A stretch of DNA of 63,602 bases, filler included, from Neolecta irregularis DAH-3 (Eukaryota), in assembly GCA_001929475.1 (NCBI GenBank). It is 6 parts of 6 records of this genome, joined end to end, with 100 filler letters (N's around TTAATTAATTAA, not from the genome) between each part and the next. Parts side by side here need not be neighbours in the genome. Positions count along the whole stretch, not along the records: positions 48,751 to 51,830 come from LXFE01002379.1; positions 51,931 to 56,946 come from LXFE01002386.1; positions 57,047 to 60,009 come from LXFE01002390.1; positions 60,110 to 63,602 come from LXFE01000162.1; 2 more parts are not named here. One strand, 5' to 3'. How positions within the stretch are numbered: position 1 is the first letter of the stretch; every line of letters starts with the position of its first letter. A program made the position numbers and the translations under genes. Shown here piece after piece: positions 51,618-63,602 of this stretch. Under the pieces are notes generated by a model, which saw only the letters and a list, made by a program, of their open reading frames with translations, did no database searches and was not told the origin of the DNA.

Positions 51618-51830
51618 TTAGGACACAGGTACATGTTTTAGAACAGCGTCTGTGACCAGGGCGATTTCAGCGCGCACAGCCTGGGCGACGGGCTGCTGCA
51701 GCTTTGCAAGCTCCGGCGGCGCGGCGAGGGCAGCGCGGACGAGGCGCGAGGCAGCGACCTGGGCGTGGATGCGGTGCAGCTGGCGGGCGGCGGCGTCCTC
51801 GTGCGGCGGCAGGAAGCAGCAGAAGTGCAC
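51618..51830 (-). CDS. 3' end of an unidentified GC-rich gene truncated by the gap
   Basis: Open frame with high GC3 ending VPVS* before an AT-rich 3' region. Confidence 0.4.
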   Translation of the reverse strand: MHFCCFLPPHEDAAARQLHRIHAQVAASRLVRAALAAPPELAKLQQPVAQAVRAEIALVTDAVLKHVPVS

Positions 51831-51930
51831 NNNNNNNNNNNNNNNNNNNNNNNNNNNNNNNNNNNNNNNNNNNNTTAATTAATTAANNNNNNNNNNNNNN
51901 NNNNNNNNNNNNNNNNNNNNNNNNNNNNNN

Positions 51931-52306
51931 CGATTCGCTCTCTTATTTGTTGTCATTCGCTCTACTGGAAATCAGACCCGATCAATTGCTCAGCCTCAAA
52001 TATGCAAGTCTTAATTAGAAGCTTCCCATTGATTTAGAGTAAATTGCTTTTTGGGACCAGGTATAGATAAGAACAGTGACCCAAAAAGTATAAACAATAT
52101 TATTGAGGTATCCAGACACCAGTCTAGTGTGCCGATAGGAATTATGAACCAAATTGCATTGAACCTAACAAGACAATTATAGTAACTGTAGTACGCAACG
52201 ACATATTGTGTAACACTCACTGCAGTTGTAGGGCTTTGCAGATTTAGATGACTTGAATAATACCGAGAAAAACGATGGTCAGATTCCTTGAATAGAGCAT
52301 TCACTG
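51931..52306. repeat. About 370-bp duplicate of 56581-56946
   Basis: Same sequence at both contig ends, with small indels. Confidence 0.9.
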
Positions 52307-53176
52307 GTCCTACAAGCAAACACCTACAGATCTACTTTTAGGAAACAGAAATAGCTGCCTCGGTTACAGAAACCTAGACACCGACCAAAGGAAAAGCCAA
52401 ACAAGAGAACCTTTTAAAATACCCTCCAAAATATTAATATATCCACAAGCGTGTGATGATTTCTATCACCATTTTGCTAAGAGCAGAAAAAGAACGATCC
52501 AGAGTGTGAACTAGCGACAATTTTNNNNNNNNNNCGCCCCTCTATCCAACCCCTGTCTCCCCGCCCATCCTGACTACGAGGTCTCCCCCAGAAACCCCGC
52601 CCCTCCCAGACATCCCCAAGAGAAAAGCCGTCTGCCTCAGAGACATTCTGTCTTGACCCCAACCTCACTCGCCTCCCTATCTGTCGTTGTTTATTTGTAA
52701 TTATTGTAGAATAACCATTAATCTAGTCAACCTGGGGTTATCGCATCTTGAGAATGGTTAGCATGGAATGGATGTCGTAATTATGTTGATATGCATATGA
52801 ATGATTCGTAATGGCAACCAGATGGATCAATCCAAATAAGGATTATCCAACGATCCCTAACTAGACATTGCAAACCATTCCTGCCAAACACGTAACTATC
52901 CCTATTCCGTATGAGAAAGTGTCAGACCGTGTCAACTGTCGGGACACTTCTATTGCAGAATGTTAAAGTGATCTGCAATATAATCAACTTGGCTCCTTTG
53001 TAACACTTGAGCAAACTACAATCCGATTCCTCCCCGGCATCGAAACAGGCATCAATGGTTTGGATCGGTTTGTATCCATCTAAAGAAAGATTTTGCACAC
53101 TGTCATAAATGACCCCTAAATAAAAAATATTGGCCATTTAACCTCCATCGACCTCGATATTAAACCTTCACCTGCC

Positions 53177-56100
53177 ATGGCTGTACCAGATTTCCATCCC
53201 ATAATGCTAATCGCCAGACCGAAATGCTCCTGGACCCCCAGATTGACGAGTCTCTGTATTCAAGACAACTCTATGTTCTCGGACACGATGCAATGAAGAA
53301 AATGGGAACTAGCAATGTTCTTATCGTCGGAATGAGAGGGCTCGGAGTCGAGATTGGTATATGCCCGACAAAGATCTTTTGCTGAACACCGAAAGCTAAA
53401 AATTTATGCCTGGCCGGAGTTAAAAGTGTTACCCTATATGACCCAACACCGGTCGCAATTGCCGATTTGTCTTCCCAGGTATCCTTGATATATGCCTTCG
53501 CTAAGAATCAGTTCTTCCTAAAAGAATCAGATATCGGACAGCCACGAGATGCAACAACTCTCCCTCGGCTAGCTGAGCTGAATAATTACGTACCCCTCAG
53601 CATTCTTCCTCATCCTCTCTCCGTAGATAAACTTTTACCCTACCAGGTCGTCGTGGTGACAGAAATGCCTCTTCAAACTCAAATCACAATCAACCAATTC
53701 TGTCACGGAAACAGTATTTCATATATTAGCACCAGTACCCATGGTCTCCTCGGTTCATTGTTTTGCGACCTTGGATTCCATACCATTGTTGATGAAACTG
53801 GCGAGAATCCAGTATCAGGAATTATCGCGGATATCGCAGCCGATGGAGTAGTGGCTGCGTTGGATGAGACGAGACATGGATTGGTAGATGGTGATTACGT
53901 CATTTTCGAAGAGGTAAAGGGAATGGATCTCAATAGAAAAGAGCCTCGAAAAATTGAAGTGAATGGTAATCTCCTAGCAAATCATTTTTCATGAAAAAGG
54001 CCCCTATACTTTCTCCATCGGATCTGTCGAGGGCCTCGGGACTTTTGAATCTGGCGGTATATTCACCCAAGTGAAAATGCCAACAGCAGTTCAATTTGTA
54101 TGTCCGTTTGTAAAGCTTATCTAACCCAAGAAATCCCTGTCCGAATCCCTTGCGAATCCAGAATTTCTTGTCTCGGATTTCGCAAAATTGGACCGTCCAA
54201 TGCAACTTCACATTGGATTTCAAGCACTTCATAAATACAGCGCAACACATGGCAACACCCTTCCCCGGCCGCGAAATGATGCCGACGCAGAGGAAATCCT
54301 CAAAATATCGCAAGAAATCGCCCAATCATATCCAGATATCGAAAAATTGGACAAAAGTTTGCTCCTCGAGCTCAGTTACCAAGCTCAAGGAGATCTCCCG
54401 CCAATGAATGCTGTATTCGGTGGTATGGCAGCTCAGGAAGTTCTTAAAGCTGTGAGCGGAAAATTCACGCCTGTAAAACAGTGGTTTTATTTCGATAGCC
54501 TGGAAAGTCTTCCACAGAGCTTTCCTCTTACTGAAGAAGACTGTCAACCTGTACCTTGGTTACTCTTTCCAGTGTCTAACATCTCAGACTGGCTCACGAT
54601 ACGATGGTCAAATTGCTGTTTTCGGAAAGAAATTTCAACATCGAATCGCGAGCATGAAGCAATTCTTGGTAGGTGCGGGAGCCATTGGTTGTGAAATGCT
54701 CAAAAATTGGGCACTAATGGGTCTCGGTTCTCAAGGTCAAATCTTTGTCACTGACATGGATTCGATCGAGAAATCGAATTTGAATAGACAGTTTCTATTT
54801 CGGTCATCAGACGTTGGAAAACTGAAAAGCGAATGTGCTTCAACGGCAGTTATGACTATGAATCCTGATCTCGCTGGTCATATCACTACATTCCGAGAAC
54901 GTGTTGGTCCCGAAACTGAAAAGGAGTTTGACAACACCTTTTTTGAAAATTTGGATGGAATTACAAATGCCCTTGACAATATCGAAGCGCGAGCCTATAT
55001 GGATCGTAGATGTGTATTTTTCCGCAAGCCATTACTGGAAAGCGGAACTTTGGGAACGAAGGGGAATGTTCAGGTCGTTATTCCGCGTTTGACAGAGAGT
55101 TACTCCTCGAGTTCGGATCCGCCCGAGAAGACATTCCCAATGTGCACTCTCAAAAACTTTCCAAACATCATTGAACATACGATTGCTGTATGTTCTCTTC
55201 GAACCTAATCTGACAATCTAGTGGGCTAGAGATATTTTTGAAGGTTATTTTCGACAACCTGCGGAGAGCATTAATTCGTATCTCTCACAACAAAACTTTC
55301 TCGAAACAACGCTCAAGACATCCGGAAACCAGTTTGACATTCTGAGCACAATCAAAGAATACCTCGTGACATCAAAACCGCTTTCGTTCGAAGAGTGTAT
55401 CATCTGGGCTCGTCTAGAATTTGAAAAAAGATTTAACAATGACATACACCAATTACTCTACAATTTCCCCAAGGATAGCACGACCTCTGGTGGTACACCA
55501 TTCTGGTCTGGCCCTAAACGAGCTCCAACGCCGTTGACCTTTGATACTCACAATGAAACACACTTGGCCTTTATCATGGCCGCCGCAAATCTACATGCTT
55601 TTAATTTCGGCATGAAAGGTGAGAGCGATCCCTCAGTTTACAAAAAGGTCCTGTCAAACCTTATCGTCCCCGAATTTTCTCCAAAGTCAAACATCAAAAT
55701 CCAGGCAGACGAGAAAGATGTTCCTGAGCCGTCGGGAGACGTGGATGCAAACGAAATGAATGAACTTGCGAAAAGCCTTCCTCCACCAAGCTCATTAGCA
55801 GGTTATCGTCTGGTTCCTGTCGAATTTGAAAAGGATGACGATTCAAATCATCATATAGATTTCATAACTGCAGCGAGTAATCTGCGTGCACTGAATTATT
55901 CAATAAACCCAGCAGACCGTCACAAAACAAAACTTATCGCTGGTAAAATTATTCCCGCCATAGCTACCACAACATCGCTGGTGACTGGCTTAGTCTGTCT
56001 TGAGATGTACAAGATTATCGACGGCAATAGGAAACTCGAAGATTTCAAGAATGGATTTATAAATCTTGCATTGCCATTTTTCGGATTTTCAGAACCGATT

Positions 56101-56473
56101 GCTAGTTCAAGGCAGAAATACAACGACAAGGAATTCGATTTTATCTGGGATCGGTTTGATATTGAGAGAGATATGACTTTAAGGGAGCTGATTGACTGGT
56201 TCGACGATGAACATGGCCTTAAAATTACAATGCTTTCATGCGACGCATCATTGCTATTTGCTTCATTTTTCCCCCAGAAAAAGCTGCAGGAAAGAATGGA
56301 ATTGCAGTATATTCCACAGTTTATTATAGACTAACTCTATCAGTATGAGTAAACTCGTTGAAACAGTTAGTAGAAAGCCTATTGCAAGCCACGTCAAGCA
56401 CCTGATTCTGGAGGTTTGTGCGGATGGAAGAGACGACGAAGAGGCCGAAGTTCCATATATCTGTATTCAGTAA
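53177..56473 (+). CDS. UBA1: Ubiquitin-activating enzyme E1, multi-exon
   Basis: [36 protein letters not shown], active site [30 protein letters not shown]. Confidence 0.97.
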
Positions 56474-57203
56474 GCCATTTGTTTTATTGCTATTGCTAAC
56501 TTGTAGACTTTCTTAGATATCAGACATCATTGGTCGCTTCGCCTAAATATTAGTACAAGTTATGTTATGGATAAAGCCATCGATTCGCTCTCTTATTTGT
56601 TGTCATTCGCTCTACTGGAAATCAGACCCGATCAATTGCTCAGCCTATGCAAGTCTTAATTAGAACTTCCCATTGATTTAGAGTAAATTGCTTTTTGGGA
56701 CCAGGTATGGACAGTGACGCAAAAAGTATAAACAATATTATTGAGGTATCCGGACACCAGGGTCTAGTGTGCCGATAGGAATTATGAACCAAATTGCATT
56801 GAACCAAACAAGACAATTTATAGTAACTGTAGTACGCTACGACATATTGTGTAACACGCACTGCAGTTGTAGGGCTTTGCGATTTAGATGACTTGAATAA
56901 TACCGAGAAAAACGATGGTCAGATTCCTTGAATAGAGCATTCACTGNNNNNNNNNNNNNNNNNNNNNNNNNNNNNNNNNNNNNNNNNNNNTTAATTAATT
57001 AANNNNNNNNNNNNNNNNNNNNNNNNNNNNNNNNNNNNNNNNNNNNAAGGTCAGTTTGTGATTGATGGAAATATACTGTATGTTAGGTTTGAAGGCACTC
57101 CCTTTGTATATTCGCTGTATATTATCCAAACGTCACGAAGCGCGCCACAACTAATACAAAAGGGCGGCCCCAGTCCTCCACCCTCCACCCTCCACGTATC
57201 ATC

Positions 57204-58586
<1,383 letters not shown>

Positions 58587-58589
<3 letters not shown>

Positions 58590-58705
58590 GTGGAGTGCCT
58601 TGCGCGTTGAGCGTGAGTGGAGTGAAGAGTGAGTGAAGAGTGAGTGGAGAGTGAGTGGAGTGAGTGGAGTGCGTTGCGCGTGAGTGCAGTGCGTTGCGCG
58701 TGAGG
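58587..58705. repeat. GAGT/GAGTG low-complexity microsatellite between convergent genes
   Basis: Repeated GAGTG(A/G) and TTGCGCGT units. Confidence 0.75.
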
Positions 58706-58765
58706 GATTTCATATATTATATTACAATTTATTCAATGATTCGACATTTAGATGCTAGATACGAT

Positions 58766-59891
58766 CTATTCGTGTCTATTTGGCATAAAAGGACTAGCCA
58801 ATTCGCCGAGGTGATGTTCGTCAAAGGCAGTATTTTTAGCTGTTAGCGGGGGAGTGAAGAAAGCAGCTTGCGGGTGGACAAAAGTGGGGCTTAGATATTG
58901 GGAGCCCATGGGGCTGAGCATTGGGGTGAGGGGCATTGAATTTGGGCCCCAATTCTGGGACATTGCAAAGGGCTGGACGCGGGTGTCTGAGGAAAAGTCT
59001 TCGTCTTCGACGTCTTCATCTGGGGATGCGTCCTCTGGGTCGGCGTCTGAGGGGGGGCAGCAGTCGAGGGGGACTTTTGCGCTGAGGGTGTGGTGGATGC
59101 CAAAGGTGATGTATTCGGCGGTGATTGCGAGGAGGGTTTCCGAGCCCTCTTCAGCGGGGGGCGGGACGCCGTGGAGGGATCTGGAGAGGGGGGACCAGGA
59201 GAGCCAGGGGGGGAGGGGTTCTGTGAAGGAGAAGGAGATGTCGAGGTCTGGGGGTTAGCGGAGCGGCGGGGGCGACGGACCTTCCCAGTAGATCTGGGGG
59301 TCCCAGATCATGGGCTTCCAGGCGAATTTGCGGCCGGTGAGGGCGGTCAGCCTGTCCTGGTTGTTGTGGAGCTTGATCTTGCGCTGCCACTCGCGGAACT
59401 CGCAGGCGTCGTTTACTCTGCGGGTTTCGACGCACCAGACGTGGGAGCCGCGGGACTTTGCCTTTCTGCCGGAGGGGTTGAAGCGGGCGATGAGGTTGCG
59501 GGTCCAGAGGAACTCGCGGATGCGCTTGAGGGTGACCTCGCTGATGGGGAAGTCGTGCAGGGGGGCGAGGTTCTTGACGACGTAGTCCTGGAAGGCGGAG
59601 GTGAAGGCCTGGATGCGCAGCTTGATCTGGCGCCAGGCGGCGGGGGGCAGGTTTGCGGCCTTGAGGGCCTTGCGGGGCGGCAGCGGGTGGTGGACGGCCT
59701 CGCCGCGGGGGTCGGTGATGTCCTTGTCCTGGACGACGATGGCGAGGTAGGCGAGGAAGAGGGCGTCGATGTGCGGGAGCACGGGGTGCGGGAACGGCGG
59801 CTCGGTGGTGCTTGCGGGCGCGGGCGGCGGCGGCGGCGGCGCGGGCTGCACGAGGATGTTTGGGTAGTCGTGCCACGAGTCGGGCACGAAC
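58766..59891 (-). CDS. Uncharacterised fungal protein (5'-truncated) with a conserved-looking basic domain and an Ig/CADG-like segment; intron about 59250-59281
   Basis: ARFNPSGRKAKSRGSHVWCVE..FREWQRKI..WKPMIWDPQ, then after splicing FSF..PLPPWLSW..LHGVP; GC-rich codon usage. Confidence 0.7.
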
Positions 59892-59901
59892 NNNNNNNNN
59901 N

Positions 59902-60009
59902 GAAACGTCACGAAGCGCGCCACACCTAATACAAAAGGGCGGCCCCCAGTCCTCCACCCTCCACCCTCCACGTATCATCATGAAAGTACTTGCAGGTCTT
60001 GCTATCGCT
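59902..60009. repeat. Duplicate of the PEP4 5' region (about 57128-57233)
   Basis: Same AAACGTCACGAAGCG..ATGAAAGTACTTGCAGG sequence between N gaps. Confidence 0.9.
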
Positions 60010-60109
60010 NNNNNNNNNNNNNNNNNNNNNNNNNNNNNNNNNNNNNNNNNNNNTTAATTAATTAANNNNNNNNNNNNNNNNNNNNNNNNNNNNNNNNNNN
60101 NNNNNNNNN

Positions 60110-60226
60110 TACTCCTCTAAGCTATTTATACTAGTATAATATGATTACATAATAGTGGCTTGATCATATCAAGCCTCATCATCCTAACCTCCACTATCCA
60201 GCCATAAGGTAAGGCTATCTCATTAC
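60110..60226 (-). repeat. Probable start of a 3' LTR preceded by a polypurine tract
   Basis: Minus strand GAGGTGGAA then TGTAATGAG.., with TATAAATA; truncated by the gap. Confidence 0.55.
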
Positions 60227-63203
60227 ATTCCACCTCATACTGAGATGTTCACTTTTCTGTCGATATGATGTAAATTGAAGTTGAATTCACTCAGGAAGTC
60301 AAGCCAACATAACTGCAGGTTGGATAGGTGGTTCTGCATTGGCCAATGTTTCAACGGCTTGTGGTCTGTTAGGACCAAGAAAGGAAGTCCTAATAAATGG
60401 TGCCTCCATTTCTTTAATGCAAAAATAATTGCTAGCATCTCTTTCTCATGGGTTGGGTAATTCGTTTCTGCTGGGGTGTACTGCTGACTCTTGAATGAGG
60501 CGGGGACAGCCGAATGCCAGTTGTTTCCCAGAGTGAGAATACAACGGCTACCCTTGTCACCTGCATCGCAGATCACCTATATTGGTTCGTCCAATGTGTA
60601 GTTGATTGGTTTCAACCATGGTGTACTAACTGATAGATCTTTAATTTTTTGAAATGCTGTCTCCTGAGCAGTTTCCCATTTAAAAGGTGTGCCCTTCCTT
60701 GTCAATCTGGTAATTGCAGCTGAGTGAGTTGCCAGATTAGGCAGAAACTGACTCACCCAGTTGACAAAGCCCATGAATCACTGGACTTCTTTTATCATTT
60801 TTGGCTGGGCCTATTGTGTGATATTTTTGACCTTGTCTGGATCTATTTTGATCCCAGAAATCTATACGATTTTACCTAGGAATGGTAGCTCGTCAGCGAA
60901 GAGGATTGACTTCTTTGTTGAGGCTATTATATCGTTCACTTGTAGGATGTCCAGGATTGATCGGAGGTTCGTGAGGTGCTCCTCTCCCAAATTTGACCAG
61001 ATTATAATATCGTCAAAGTAAACTGCTCAAAATCGTCCAATGTATTCCCTTAGCAGATGGTTCATAAAATGTTGGAAAGTGGCTGGAGCATTGCAAAGGC
61101 CTTGGGGCATAACTGTCCACTCGAAGAGACCAAACAGAGTCTTGATAGCCGTCTTAGGTATGTCTTTCTCTTCTACCGGTAACTGATAATAAGCATTGTT
61201 TAAGTCTAGTTTCCCCCATATTTTCGCCTTTGTGGCCATTTCAACAATCTCTTCCTGGTGAGGTAGAGGCATATGATCTTTCATGGCATTCGTGTTCAAT
61301 GTCTGATAATCCTTTACTACACGTGGTACTGCATCCAGGTCTTTCTTTCTAACCATAAAGACTCCGGATGATATGTCACTTGAAGATGGTTGTAGACATC
61401 CTGCTCAGCGATGTTGTGCAAGAAATTGCTGCATGTGTGGCCAATATCTTGTCAGAATATGTAATAGTCACCCGTCAATCTTTACTAACTTGTCCACTAG
61501 CTTAATTATGTGTTTAGGTACACTTGAGAATGGTCGTCTATTTGGGAGAGACGTGGAAAACACATTGGAGTACTCTGTGAACAATTTATTACTAAATTGT
61601 ACATACGTTTCTGCCATTGGTCTTGCCTTCTCTCCCTCACATTGAACGTTTGAGATTTTCTCTGTGAAGACAATCTTTTGCCGCACTTGATCTGGATAGG
61701 CCTTATGTCTATGGAGGAATGGTATTCTGAGAATAACATCATATGTCCTGAGTGGCGAGACTTTAAAAAGTATAGGATCTGTTATTACTCCTACATCAAG
61801 CAATTGAATTGGTTCATGTATTGCATGAGTATTTTCGGTCATTGTACCTTGTAAGGCTTGTGTTAGCTTACTTGGTTGTTCTAACTTTTGTTGTGAAAAC
61901 TTGGCGGTATGTACTTTATTATGCATTTCCGCCAAAATAAAATTTGATGTTTCTCCTGAGTCAACTAATGCTCACATATGAACTTGGCCGATTTTGATTG
62001 CAATCATTAGTGGTTCAAACATGTTGTTCTCGGGGCTTTCTGATGTTGATATCAACATCATATTTGATATGTCTGAGTCAGATGAAGTTAATGATTCAAA
62101 CGTTTCTTGTAATGTTATCTGATGAATAGATTCCTGAATTTCCAATTCTACAGCATCTTGGCCTTGAATTTCGATGGTGGCATTGGCGCCTTCATGTCTA
62201 GGAACTGATAGTTGAAATGGATTTGTATTTGCCATATTCGTCATGCCTCTCTGGTCATTGTGAATTGCAGTAATTGGTTTATTTTCGTTTGAATCGGTGC
62301 TTCCACCTGTTATTCCGTTGGACTTTCCAGGGCAATTGTAAGCCCAATGACCCACATTTATCTTTCGACAACTCATGCATCCTTTATTATCAATCAAGTA
62401 TTGATGCTCCTGATATGATAATTTCGACAGTGCTAGTTGCCAACCTGGCCTTGTCTGGCTCATGTTCACCTCGGACTGAGATTTTCGAGTGCGTTTTATT
62501 TGTGTGAGAATGTTGTCAGCTCTTTCTGCTGCTTTAACAATTTCATTGAAGGTCATGTCATCTACTAAGCTAGGTTCGATTTGTAGTCTTAGATCAAAAT
62601 TCATGCCCATAATCAGAGTTTCGCATGCAAACTCTTCTGGCATTTTGTCTTGTCCGATTTCTGTCCATAGGCATCTGACATCTAGGGCATAATCTGTAAA
62701 AGATTTACCACCTTGTCTGAAAATCTTTCCACTCTTAGAGCTGTAATTTCCAGTAATTTGAAGGTAGAAAATTGTCTGTTAACTGAGATTTAAATTCATC
62801 ATATGATAGATCATCATGTCTGACGTTTTCGTACCACTGTGCTGTGTTACCTTCAAGGTAACTTGCTGCCACCTCTGTCTTGATGGAATCGGGAATACCT
62901 GTCAATCTCATGTAGGATGTGATTGACCCTAGCCATGACTGTACAACTGATGGTGTATGGTCCCCCTTATACTTAGGAGAGCGATCAATCTTGAATGTTG
63001 GTGAAATGAAAATTGCCTTTTCTTCTGTCATGTCTGGTTCTGGTTCTGGTCGTTGGTCTGTGTTCTTGTCCTGTGTCTTGGTTTGACTCCTGGTTTGCAT
63101 GTAATGAGATGACTTATTGAATTGTTGAAAAAAGTGTAAACAGCTAAGATCCGCGATGGTTACATGAACTTGATCAGGTTACACAAGGCGCACTAGCAGA
63201 TCT

Positions 63204-63453
63204 TGTGTGACACTCCAGGCTGTATTACTTAATAAGCAACAATGAACAAGTCTATTATCTCAGATGATACAAAGAGAGAATAGTAGGTATGGTGGTGGTG
63301 GCAATACTATTTACTAAAGAAAGGTCCTTAATTAATGTATGTTGTGTGACATTACACCAACGTCACACAACATTGTACAACATTACACAATGTAGTACCA
63401 CATAGGACAAAGTAAAGGAAATGTAGTAAGCAGATAGGAGTTATGTGCTTACA
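63204..63453 (-). repeat. Probable LTR (about 250 bp, TG..CA)
   Basis: Minus strand TGTAAG...TCACACA, TATA-like AGTAAATA, internal 12-bp inverted repeat at 63339-63373. Confidence 0.6.
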
Positions 63454-63602
63454 TTATGTCCAAAAAACTAGATATTCATCAAAGAAACTGGACCACACAT
63501 GATAAAGAACTATTTGCTAGCAAGAAAGCCTTAGAAAAATTCAGACCTTATCTTCATGGGACAAAATTCACAATAAGAACAGATCATCAAGCTCTACAAT
63601 AT
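63454..63602 (+). mobile_element. RNase H fragment of a second, oppositely oriented Ty3/Gypsy element
   Basis: MSKKLDIHQRNWTTHDKELFA..ALEKFRPYLHGTKFTIRTDHQALQY. Confidence 0.88.

Larger units (their letters stand above)
60110..63453 (-). mobile_element. Degenerate Ty3/Gypsy LTR retrotransposon (gag, protease, RT, RNase H; integrase absent)
   Basis: MQTRS gag start at 63100, knuckle CMSCRKINVGHWAYNC, ALVDSG, KLDLNNAYYQ, MPQGLCNAPATFQ, YFDDI, ETNYPTHEKEMLAII, LTDHKPL; many stops and frameshifts. Confidence 0.93.

Noticed and set aside
51931-56946. 370-bp direct repeats flanking UBA1, resembling LTRs around a captured gene
   Set aside because: Both copies sit at contig ends next to gaps, lack TG..CA termini and differ by small indels; most likely assembly redundancy.

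Overview
Eukaryotic (fungal) genomic DNA from a compact, intron-rich genome with very short introns (about 30-50 nt) and degenerate splice donors. Gene content and style suggest an early-diverging ascomycete (Taphrinomycotina, Neolecta-like); this is an inference. The window is several contigs joined by 100-nt N-TTAATTAATTAA-N spacers, so synteny across spacers is not meaningful. It holds mostly housekeeping genes: SUN glucanase, MGMT, NFS1, dienelactone hydrolase, GPx, SREBP, EFM7/NNT1, REX3, PMI40, NOP16, PRP4 kinase, SFP1, BAP31, SPS19, POX1, NOT1, Cdc15/Hof1 F-BAR, an SR protein, AIF/AMID, TatD, UBA1 and PEP4. There are also a few orphan ORFs and a decayed, nested Ty3/Gypsy region at the right end. 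Most notable observations: (1) the unusually long NFS1 intron holds a box C/D-like RNA with a 15-nt antisense element to the U6 snRNA ISL, overlapping a hairpin-sequestered internal branch point/AG|GT; (2) a glutathione peroxidase with an optional signal peptide and C-terminal KHEL (candidate ER GPx); (3) a poison 3' splice site in the SR-protein gene; (4) a candidate H/ACA-like ncRNA divergent from NOP16; (5) frequent GC-AG introns; (6) a C-to-T (CpG/CpA) decay signature in the retrotransposon. All calls were made by eye, without database searches.
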